Source: an uncultured Methanomicrobiaceae archaeon
Lineage (GTDB): Archaea > Halobacteriota > Methanomicrobia > Methanomicrobiales > Methanoculleaceae
Length of the DNA stretch: 64,000 nucleotides
Direction: 5' to 3'
Assembly (NCBI GenBank): GCA_963826525.1
Contig: CAWGXH010000004.1
Location: forward strand, 256,001 to 320,000
The notes under the pieces are model-generated. The model worked only from the letters and a program-made list of their open reading frames with translations, did not search any database and was not told where the DNA came from. Positions within the stretch are counted from its first letter, which is position 1. Each line of letters opens with the position of its first letter. The translations under genes and the position numbers were made by a program. Below are positions 55,472 to 64,000 of the stretch, piece after piece.

Positions 55472-55705
55472 GTGCATGCCGACAGGTACGTTGACGGCAA
55501 GGGCTCTTTCTGCCAGGCACCGATATTCATGCTGAAAGAAGGGATGGACCCACTCGAACGGGGAGCCATCCTGAAAGTCGATCTCGATGCGGACGCAACG
55601 GAAGAGGACGTGAAGGTCTGGGCAAAGCGGATGGGGCACGAGATTGTGGAGACCGAGAAAGCCGCCGGCGTGACGACAATTTATATACGAAAGGCGGGAA
55701 CGTGA
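55472..55705 (+). CDS. TusA-family protein 3 (variant CQAP)
   Basis: DGKGSFCQAP, GAILKV..D...EDV..W and YIRK motifs. Confidence 0.8.
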   Translation: MHADRYVDGKGSFCQAPIFMLKEGMDPLERGAILKVDLDADATEEDVKVWAKRMGHEIVETEKAAGVTTIYIRKAGT

Positions 55706-55709
55706 GAAC

Positions 55710-56070
55710 ATGGCCAGACTTCTATACGTCCAGACCAGCGGAACCGATACTCCGGAACGGCTCTACGGTCCCCTTGTCCTCGGGATGACCGCCCGTGCAA
55801 TGGATATGGATGCGGACATCTTCTTCATGATCAAGGGGGTGACCGTCGTCAAGCGAGGAGAGGCGGAGAAGATCCGGATCGGCACCTTCCCGAGCCTTGC
55901 CGAGATGCTGAACCAGGCGATAAGCTTCGGGCGTCACGATCTACATCTGCGAACAGAGCACGCAGCTGCTCGGGCTTGAGCGGGGGGATTTCATACCGGA
56001 AGGGAAGATCGTCGGTGCCGCGACCTTAAACGACCTTGCGCTCGATGCAGACGCCGTCCTAACCTTTTAG
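55710..56070 (+). CDS. DsrE/DsrF-family sulfur relay protein; frameshift at ~55922
   Basis: IFFMIKGV. After the shift: GVTIYICEQS..LLGL, IVGAATL, DAVLTF*. Confidence 0.85.
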
Positions 56071-56079
56071 AGCGGGCTT

Positions 56080-57232
56080 ATGGAGAGAATCTACCTCGAC
56101 CATGCAGCGGCGATGCCGGTCGATCCGCGAGTCCTCGATGCCGCTCTGCCGTACCTGACCGAGAAGGTCGGGAACCCGTCGAGTCTCTACCACGAAGGGC
56201 TTACGGCAAAGTCTGCCATCGAGGAGGCACGCGGCAGAGTCGCCGACCTGATCAATGCAGAGGATACCCAGTCGATCATCTTCACGAGCGGCGCCACCGA
56301 GTCGAACAACATCGCGGTCCGCGGCACTGCTCTCCGGAACATCCGCACCGGAAAGAAGGTTGCGGCGAGCACGATAGAGCACATCTCCGTCATAAACCCT
56401 GCAAAAGATCTCCAGAAGAGCGGTTTTGAGTTCGCCCGGATACCGGTCGACACGTTGGGAGTCGTCGATCTCGAAGCTTTGAGCGGGATCGTGACGCCCG
56501 AGACGACGGTGACCTCGATCATGTACGCGAACAACGAGATCGGCACCGTCGAACCTATTCCGGAGATCGCCGGGATCGTGCACGACCGGGGCGTATACCT
56601 CCATGTCGATGCGGCGGATGCCGCCGGGCGGATCCCCATCGACGTGCAGCGGGACGGCATCGATCTCCTCACGCTCTCGGCAAATCGAGCTCGGCGGGCC
56701 TGAGGGAACCGGCGCCCTGTACATACGCCCGGGCGTCCGGGAGCAGCCGGTGGTCCTCGGCGGGGGACAGGAGCGGGGGCTCCGGTCGGGCACCGAGAAC
56801 CTCTTCGGCATCGTCGGGATGGGGGAGGCCGCACGGATCGCCGGAGCCGATATGCAGGGGGAGAGCAGGCGGCTTGCCGGGATACGGGATCGGCTTATCG
56901 AGGGGATACTGACCATCGACGAGGCCTACCTGACCGGCCACCCTACCGAGCGGCTCCCGCACCACGCCAGTTTCCGCTTCTCCCGGATAGAGGGGGAGAG
57001 CATTCAGCTCGCCATGGACATGTACGGTATCGCGGTCGCCACCGGCTCGGCCTGCACCTCCCGGACGCTTGAAGCCTCCCACGTGCTTCTCGCGATAGGC
57101 CTTCGGCACGAGGAGGCGCACGGCTCCATGATCGCGACCCTGGGCCGTTCGAACACCAGTGAGCAGGTATCGAGAATCGTGGACGCGGCAGGAGAAACAG
57201 TTAAACGACTGCGCGCTATTACACCGTTATGA
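56080..57232 (+). CDS. iscS: Cysteine desulfurase IscS/NifS; frameshift at ~56685
   Basis: YLDHAA, GNPSS, FTSGATESNN, NNEIG, HVDAA, RSGTEN and ATGSAC motifs. The PLP-lysine region coincides with the frameshift. Confidence 0.9.
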
Positions 57233-57248
57233 CCGGGGTGACTCGCAG

Positions 57249-57635
57249 ATGGCAGAACAGATAGGATACAGCCAGAAGGTGATGGAGCACTTCATGAACC
57301 CGCACAACGTCGGGGTCATCGAGAATGCGGACGGCTACGGCAAGGTGGGCAATCCTGTCTGCGGCGATATCATGGAGATCTTCATCAAGGTGAAGGACGA
57401 CCGGATCGAGGATATCAAGTTCCGCACGTTCGGCTGCGGGTCGGCCATCGCCACGAGCAGTATGGTCACCGACATGGCCAGGGGCAAGACCCTCGACGAG
57501 GCGATGGCCATCACCCGAAGCGACGTGGCCACCGAGCTCGAGGGTCTGCCGCCGCGGAAGATGCACTGTTCGAACCTCGCGGCGGATGCACTTCACGAGG
57601 CGATTAAGGACTACCGGAGCCGGCAGGGAGCGTAG
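57249..57635 (+). CDS. iscU: Fe-S scaffold IscU/NifU
   Basis: YS.KV.EHF.NP.NVG, PVCGD, FGCGSAIA and LPP.KMHCSNLA motifs. Confidence 0.95.
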   Translation: MAEQIGYSQKVMEHFMNPHNVGVIENADGYGKVGNPVCGDIMEIFIKVKDDRIEDIKFRTFGCGSAIATSSMVTDMARGKTLDEAMAITRSDVATELEGLPPRKMHCSNLAADALHEAIKDYRSRQGA

Positions 57636-57647
57636 AGCAGTTCGTGC

Positions 57648-58548
57648 TCACCGGCCGAAGATCCGGAGAATATTCTTCGCGAGATCGACGCTCTTGCCCC
57701 GGTTGACCATCAGGGTATCGAGGCGGAGCGTGCCGTCGATCTCCACCGGGTCGCGGATGTCCTGCACGAAGAGATCGAGGAAGTCTTCGTAGAGCCGGAT
57801 TGTTCCGGCCGAGGTCGGTTCACACCCGAACGCCCGCATCAGCGCCGCAGCAGGGCCGCTGACCGGCGCATCCCCGATGAACGGGCTGATCGCAACCACA
57901 CGCTGCTTTTTGAGCGCTTCACGAACACCTGCACACTCGAGGATGGGAGATATACTGGTCACGGGATTTGAAGGCCCGATGATCACGCCGTCGCTCTCCT
58001 CGATCGCAGAGAGCACTTCGGGCGTCGCCACCGGGGGTTCCCGGAACCGCCGAACGACGCCGGAGATCGGCACGGTGCCCCGGTGCTTCACCCAGTACTC
58101 CTGGAAGTGGATGCAGCTATCGTCGGTCTCGACGTACGTCGTCACTTCCGAATCGGTCATCGGAAGGACCGTCGCCTGCACGCCGAGATGCTCTGCGAGC
58201 GCCTTTGTCGAGGCGGTCAGGGTCATGCCCGAACGGGAGCTGCTCCCCCCGTGCCGCATGCACCGCCCGGTCGAGGTCCCCGACCGCGATGAACTCGTCG
58301 ACGCCGAGCTGCTGCAGGTACTCGTGGGTGATAAAGGTGTCACCGCGGATACCCCACCATTTCGTCGTGTCGAGGGTCTCCGCAAAGAGGTAGAGTACGG
58401 TATCGATATCGGGAGAGAGATGGTTTCCCGTGAGCCACATATCCTCGGCCGTGTTGACGACCACGCTGATCTCGCGTTCATCCAGAATTTCCTGAATGCC
58501 GCGAAGCAGTTTCGGCGTTCCCGTTCCGCCCGAGAGGAACGTAATCAT
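57648..58548 (-). CDS. cofD: 2-phospho-L-lactate transferase (F420 biosynthesis), canonical copy; frameshifts at ~58230-58260
   Basis: [40 protein letters not shown] and VSGPA motifs. Confidence 0.9.
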
Positions 58549-58638
58549 GTAATCATAGGGGTAAATAGGCCTTCCCTAATGAACGTTGTCAAATACGCCG
58601 AGGTAACCGCCCGCATTATCGTCGATCTCCCGGTGCCT

Positions 58639-59548
58639 TCACCGTTTTGCGCGCCTGATGACCGCCATGAGGTCCCAGGCAAGCGACTCGGCGTTCCGAT
58701 CACGCCACACACGGGTCTCGAGGCGAAGCGATCCCTCGACGACCTCGGGGTCGCGGATATCCTGCACGAAGACGTCCGCGACGTCCCGGTAGAGAGACCA
58801 TGCACCCGCCGAGGTCGGTTCTTCCCCGGCAGCCCGCATCAGTGCCGCTTCCGTCGGCAGGGGAGGGACATCTCCCCGGAACGGGGAGACCGCAATGACG
58901 AACCGGTCCTGGAGCGCTTCCCGGATACCGGCGCAGTCGAGGATGGGCAGGATGCTCCGGACAGGATTGTCGGGACCGATGATCACGGCATCGCTCTCGT
59001 CCATCGCGGCGAGAACCTCGGGCGTTGCCGCCGGCTCCTCTTCGCCGGCACGGACGATCCGCCGGATTGCAAGATTCTCGAGGTCCGATCGGCAGTACCT
59101 CGAGGATCTGCATGGCTCCGGCATCCGCCTCCACGAGAGTGGTGATCTCGGTATCGGTCATCGGAAGAATCCGTGCCGCGAGACCAAGAGCAGTGCTCTG
59201 GAGCCGTGTCGCCTCCGTAGGCGTCATACCCGACCGGAGCATCTCTCCCCGGGCGATCTGGACGGCGCGAACTTTATCCCCTATCGCGAGCCACTCCTCC
59301 CCTGCCACCCGCTTAAGGAACCGATGTGTCGAGAAGGTGTCTCCTTTGATCCCCTGCCAGGTAGCGGTATTTAAGATCCCGGCAAAGAGGAAGAGGAGCG
59401 TCTCGATATCAGGGGCGTGGTGGTTGCCGCTGATCCAGAGATCGTCGGCGGTGTTGGCGACGACCGTGATCTCGTGGTCGTAGAGGATCTGCCGGGTGCC
59501 CCGTATCAGCCTCGGCGTTCCCGTTCCGCCCGAGAGGAAGGTGATCAT
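58639..59548 (-). CDS. CofD paralog with altered active-site motifs; frameshift at ~59098
   Basis: Colinear with cofD, but with PDIET, GDKVRA, QILEYC and GPDNPVRS. Confidence 0.8.
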
Positions 59549-59702
59549 GACACGGGTATATTTCTCAGTGCTAGATGAAGAAGGTTGATCGGGGCAGCGG
59601 CGGAGCGGATCGGCATGAGGGGGAGCAGCGACCGATGTACAACGAGCAACATAACGCGCCGGGCGGGAGAAACTGATTAATGTGCAGTCAGCACACGCTC
59701 AC

Positions 59703-60939
59703 ATGAAAGCGATGAAGATCATCAAGGATCCGGTGCACGGCTACGTGGAGGTGGACACGCTCGCACTTCGCCTGCTCGACGCCGGAGAGGTGCAGCGCCT
59801 CCGCCACATATCACAGCTCGGATTCGCGAATCTCGTCTATCCGGGAGCGAACCACACCCGTTTCGAGCACTCGCTCGGGACGATGCACCTCGCTGCCCTG
59901 CTCTCCCGGCAGGCTCGACCTCACCCCGAACGAACGGCAGCTCGTCACCGTCGCCGCTCTTCTCCATGATATCGGCCATGGCCCGTTCTCGCACGTCATC
60001 GAACCTATCATGGAGACCTGCGCGGGAAGAAGCCATCACGAGGTTTCCAATCTGCTGAAGACCGGCCTGATAGCCGAGACCCTCGGGGACGAAGGGATCA
60101 GCCCCGCTGAGGTCTGCAGTGTCATCAGCGGCCGGCATCGCCTTGCGGGGATCATCCACGGGAGCCTCGATGTCGACCGGATGGACTACCTGATGCGGGA
60201 CGCACACTATACGGGCGTTCCCTATGGGACGGTGGACGCGCACCGCCTGATCCGGAGCATCATTCTCACCGACTCGGGGGTGGGGCTCGAAGAGAACGGC
60301 ATCAACGCGGCGGAATCGCTCCTGATAGCCCGGACGCTGATGCGTCCCGCGGTCTACTTCCACCACGTCAGCCGGATCGCAACGAGCATGTTCGTCCTGG
60401 CTGTCATGGAACACCTGGAGCAGGTTCCCGGAACCGATCCGGGTGTGATGGTGCGGATGGACGACGCCGCCTGCATGGAGATGCTGAAGGCGTCGCAGAG
60501 CCCGGTTGCCCGCGACCTCGCTGCCAGGGTCTACAACCGCAATCTCTACAAACGGGCGCTCTACGTCGGGGAAGACCGGGTGAACCTGGCCGCCGTCCTG
60601 ACCGATCTGAGCCATGCCAAAGAGCGGGCGATCGCCCGGGAGATCGCCGGGGCCGCCGGCATCGAGGAGTGGGAGGTGATCGTCGACATTCCTCCGCTCC
60701 CGGGCGAGATGTCGATGGAGGTCAGGGTCAGGAGCAGCCATACCCTGGTGGAGCTCGAAGAGGTCTCCCCGCTGATCAACACCTTGAACGACACGAGAAG
60801 GCAGCAGTGGCGCCTCGGGGTCTACGCACCGCCGCAGCACCGGTCGGCCGTCGAACAGGCGGCCGTCGAGGTGCTCCGGGTCAAGCGGCCGACCAAACAG
60901 GATAAACTCATGATTGCATACCAGAAAGAGGGTTTATGA
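59703..60939 (+). CDS. HD-domain phosphohydrolase (COG1078/SAMHD1-like); frameshift at ~59911
   Basis: [49 protein letters not shown] and VYFH motifs. Confidence 0.9.
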
Positions 60940-61491
60940 CGAAGGAATATGTCATCGGGGTTACGGGGGCAAGCGGCGTCATCTACGCCCGCCGCATCCT
61001 CGAGGTGCTCTGCGAGAAGGCGACGGTTCATATCGTCATCTCGGACGTCGCCCGCCGGATAGCGGAGATCGAGCGGGTCGACCTTAGCCGGGTTCGACGC
61101 AATCTATGCCGAGAACAGCGATCTTGCCGCGGATATCGCCAGCGGGTCGTTCCGGTACGACGGGATGGCAATCGTGCCCTGCAGCATGAAGACGCTTGCA
61201 GCGGTCAGCAACGGATTTGCCGATAACCTCATCACCCGTGCGGCGGACGTCTGCCTGAAGGAGAACCGGCGGTGCATCCTTCTTCTCCGGGAGATGCCGC
61301 TCTCCCGGATACACTTGAAGAACATGCTTGCGGCCGACGAAGCGGGTGCAACGGTCATGGTGGCAAGCCCGCCGTTCTACCAGAACCCGGAGACGATAGA
61401 CGACCTCGTCGATATGGTCGCCGCACGAGTGCTGGACCACCTGGGTGTCGAGCACCGGCTCGGCGTGCGATGGAGCGGATACGATGCGTGA
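60936..61491 (+). CDS. ubiX: Flavin prenyltransferase UbiX; frameshift at ~61088
   Basis: GVTGASG, IASGS, PCSMKTL, RAADV.LKE, REMP and PPFY motifs. Confidence 0.9.
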
Positions 61492-62725
61492 ATTCATTGA
61501 GATGATGCGAAGGAAAGGGTGTGTCGAGGATATCCGCGAGCCGTGTTCGTCGGTCTTCGACGCCCCGAGACTATCAAAAGAGAACGATGCCATACTCTTC
61601 TTCCACGACGTGGACGGGCACCGGGCGGTCATGAACCTGATGGCCGACCGCTCCGCGCTGGCAGCGGCGCTCGGCGTCGAGGAACGAAGCCTCGTCCCGC
61701 ACCTGGCGAAGGCGACCTACTCCGGAAGAGTGGTCAACGCAGGACCGCTTACCGGAGGCGAACCCGCGGACCTCTCCCGCCTTCCGATCATGAAGCACTT
61801 CCCCGGGGATGCCGGCCGCTACATCACCGCGGGGATCGTCTTCTCCCGCGAAGGGGCGGTCGAGAACGGTTCGATCCACCGGATGCTGGTGATCGACAAT
61901 AAGAGGGTCGCCGCCCGCCTCGTCGAGGGGCGCCACACCCACACGATGCTCAAAGCCGCCCTTGCCCGCGGGGAGCGCCTCCCCGTGGCGGTCACCATCG
62001 GCACCCATCCCCTGGTGACGTTCGCAGGCTGCACCCGGGTCCCGGAAGGAAAGGAACTCGCCTACGCCGCAGAGCTCCTGGGCGGGGAACTCACCGTATG
62101 GGAGTGCAAAAACGGCGTTCTGGTTCCGGATGCCGAGATCGTGCTCGAAGGGTATATTGGGGCGGAACGTGCCGCCGAAGGGCCTTTCGTCGACATCACC
62201 GGAACCTACGACCCGGTCAGGCAGCAGCCGGTGATCGAGTTCACCGATATGTACCTCAAAGCCGATCCGGTCTATCACGGCATCCTCCCCGCCGGGAACG
62301 AGCACAAACTCCTGATGGGAGCGCCGTACGAACCGAAGATCTACCGGGCGGTCGGCGAGGTGACGACGGTGCGGGACGTGCTGCTCACGAAGGGCGGGGC
62401 GGGCTATCTCCACGCCGTCGTCCAGATCCGGAAGAATACCCAGGGAGACGCGAAGAACGCCATCATGGCAGCCTTCGCCGCCCATACCTCGCTCAAGCAC
62501 GTCGTCGTGGTCGACGAGGATATCGACATCCACGACCCGGTCGACGTCGAGTTCGCCATCGCCACCCGCGTCCGGGGGGATACCGATCTGATGGTGATCA
62601 CGGGAGTGCGTGGTTCGTCCCTCGATCCGATGCGGCTTGGCGACGGGACGAATGTCAAGATCGGTCTTGACGCCACGATGGTAATGGGGAAAGAGGACGA
62701 GTTTGTGCGGGCAGGATGGGAGTGA
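61484..62725 (+). CDS. UbiD-family decarboxylase (probable anhydromevalonate phosphate decarboxylase)
   Basis: DAGRYIT, SIHRM, EIVLEG, EGPFVDITGTY, KHVVVVDEDID and GSSLDP motifs; context with ubiX and acnX. Confidence 0.85.
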   Translation: MREFIEMMRRKGCVEDIREPCSSVFDAPRLSKENDAILFFHDVDGHRAVMNLMADRSALAAALGVEERSLVPHLAKATYSGRVVNAGPLTGGEPADLSRLPIMKHFPGDAGRYITAGIVFSREGAVENGSIHRMLVIDNKRVAARLVEGRHTHTMLKAALARGERLPVAVTIGTHPLVTFAGCTRVPEGKELAYAAELLGGELTVWECKNGVLVPDAEIVLEGYIGAERAAEGPFVDITGTYDPVRQQPVIEFTDMYLKADPVYHGILPAGNEHKLLMGAPYEPKIYRAVGEVTTVRDVLLTKGGAGYLHAVVQIRKNTQGDAKNAIMAAFAAHTSLKHVVVVDEDIDIHDPVDVEFAIATRVRGDTDLMVITGVRGSSLDPMRLGDGTNVKIGLDATMVMGKEDEFVRAGWE

Positions 62726-62729
62726 CGCG

Positions 62730-63893
62730 ATGTATCTCGATACAGAGGATGAAAAGATCTTAAGCGGGGAGTTTGGGGAGACCCGGCAGAAGATGATGGA
62801 GATCCTGGTCGCTCTCGGCCGGGTGTATAATGCGGAGAAGCTGGTCTCGATCGCGAGCGCCCAGGTGAGCGGCGCATCGTACAAGACGATCGGAAAGTGG
62901 GGCCTCGAGTGGCTCTCGAGCCTGGACGCCCGGGTAGCGGTGCCGACAGTCTTGAACCCAATCGGGATGCCCCGGGAGGAGTGGCGCGACCTCGCCGGGA
63001 TCACGCCCGAGTTTGCCCACCAGCAGGAGGCGGTGCTTGCCGCGTATCACCGTCTCGGGATCAGGATGGAGTGCACCTGCACGCCCTACTACCTGCAGCG
63101 GACCGAATACGGCGAGCACCTCGCGTGGTCGGAGTCGAGCGCCGTTGCATATGCAAACTCGGTCATCGGTGCCCGCACGAACCGAGAGGGGGGGCCGAGC
63201 GCTCTTGCGGCGGCGATCATCGGGAAGACGCCCTTCTACGGGCTGCATCTCGTTGCAAACCGCCAGCCAGGCGTCGTCGTCGAGGTGGAGGCGGGCGACT
63301 CGCCGCGGGCCGACCACTACGGCGCAATCGGCTACCTCGCCGGAAAGGAGGTCGGGAACCGGATTCCGTTCATCACCGGCATCAGGCCGGGCCGCGACCA
63401 GCTCAAGGCGCTCGGGGCGGCGATGGCGGCAACCGGAGCGGTCGCCCTCTATCATGTCGAGAAGATCACCCCCGAGACGAGGGTCTTTCCCTTCGAGACA
63501 GAGGGGCTTGAGCGGATAACCGTCGGGCTGGAGGATATCGAGAACCTCTTTGCAACGATGGACGTCGATGCGGTCGCGATCGGGTGTCCGCACTGCTCGC
63601 CGGGCGAACTCCAGGAGATAGCCGGGCTCCTCGCCGGCAAACGGACGACAAAGCCCCTGCTCGTCTTCGTCGCCCGCACGGTCGCCCGGGAGAATCAGGG
63701 CCTCGTCACCGCCATCGAGCGGAGCGGTGCGAAGGTCGTCCCCGACACCTGCATGGTCGTCTCGCCGGCGATGGATCACTATAAGGCGATCATGGTCGAT
63801 TCAGGGAAGGCCTTCGCGTATGTCCCCGGGATGTGCGGGGCGCTCGCCAGGCTCGGGACGCGAAAAGAGTGCATCGAGGTCGCGACCTCGTAA
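62730..63893 (+). CDS. Aconitase X catalytic subunit (probable phosphomevalonate dehydratase large subunit)
   Basis: SGASYKTIG, CTCTPY, AWSESSA, GARTNREGG, IGCPH, DTCMVV and SGK motifs. Confidence 0.85.
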   Translation: MYLDTEDEKILSGEFGETRQKMMEILVALGRVYNAEKLVSIASAQVSGASYKTIGKWGLEWLSSLDARVAVPTVLNPIGMPREEWRDLAGITPEFAHQQEAVLAAYHRLGIRMECTCTPYYLQRTEYGEHLAWSESSAVAYANSVIGARTNREGGPSALAAAIIGKTPFYGLHLVANRQPGVVVEVEAGDSPRADHYGAIGYLAGKEVGNRIPFITGIRPGRDQLKALGAAMAATGAVALYHVEKITPETRVFPFETEGLERITVGLEDIENLFATMDVDAVAIGCPHCSPGELQEIAGLLAGKRTTKPLLVFVARTVARENQGLVTAIERSGAKVVPDTCMVVSPAMDHYKAIMVDSGKAFAYVPGMCGALARLGTRKECIEVATS

Positions 63894-64000
63894 GATCGGG
63901 CATTCTTCCGCCATATCTTTTTTCAGCCGGTCACCGTTCTTCGTCCGGTAACCTTCATCACCCCGGACGCCGTATCGGACGCCGGGAGAAAGAAGTATGC

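Noticed and set aside
54878-56070. Selenocysteine or pyrrolysine recoding in the small sulfur carriers
   Set aside because: All key positions are ordinary Cys codons, and stop codons fall at the expected domain ends.

Overview
High-GC archaeal chromosome segment. Gene content (MCR-activation/methanogenesis marker operon, CofD, PGF-CTERM S-layer protein, archaeal mevalonate genes, Nop5/fibrillarin, Cbf5, RadB, Cdc48) points to a methanogen, probably Methanomicrobiales (inferred from recognised families, no database search). From left to right: (1) 1-7.6 kb, a tandem array of at least 3 secreted Ig-like/vWA protein genes with conserved stalk and C-terminus but swapped vWA and Ig modules; (2) 7.8-22 kb, surface proteins, AMP phosphorylase, S-layer gene, thyA, tRNA-Gln, RNA-modification genes, transporters, hemD, cbf5, tRNA-Ser; (3) 22-31.7 kb, an accessory block ending in a PAS-gene fragment fused to an ISH3-like transposase remnant and a decayed element with iteron-like repeats; (4) 32-42.7 kb, asnB and a HAD-atwA-mmp3-6-5-15-17-7-CMD operon; (5) 42.7-54 kb, housekeeping genes; (6) 54.9-57.6 kb, a TusA x3-DsrE-IscS-IscU operon; (7) tandem canonical and degenerate cofD; (8) HD-ubiX-ubiD-acnX. 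Many genes, including essential ones, are split by frameshifts; those checked by hand were mostly 1-bp insertions. These are best explained as long-read or consensus errors, so coordinates are given for the reconstructed genes. No CRISPR array, rRNA, integrase or reverse transcriptase was seen.
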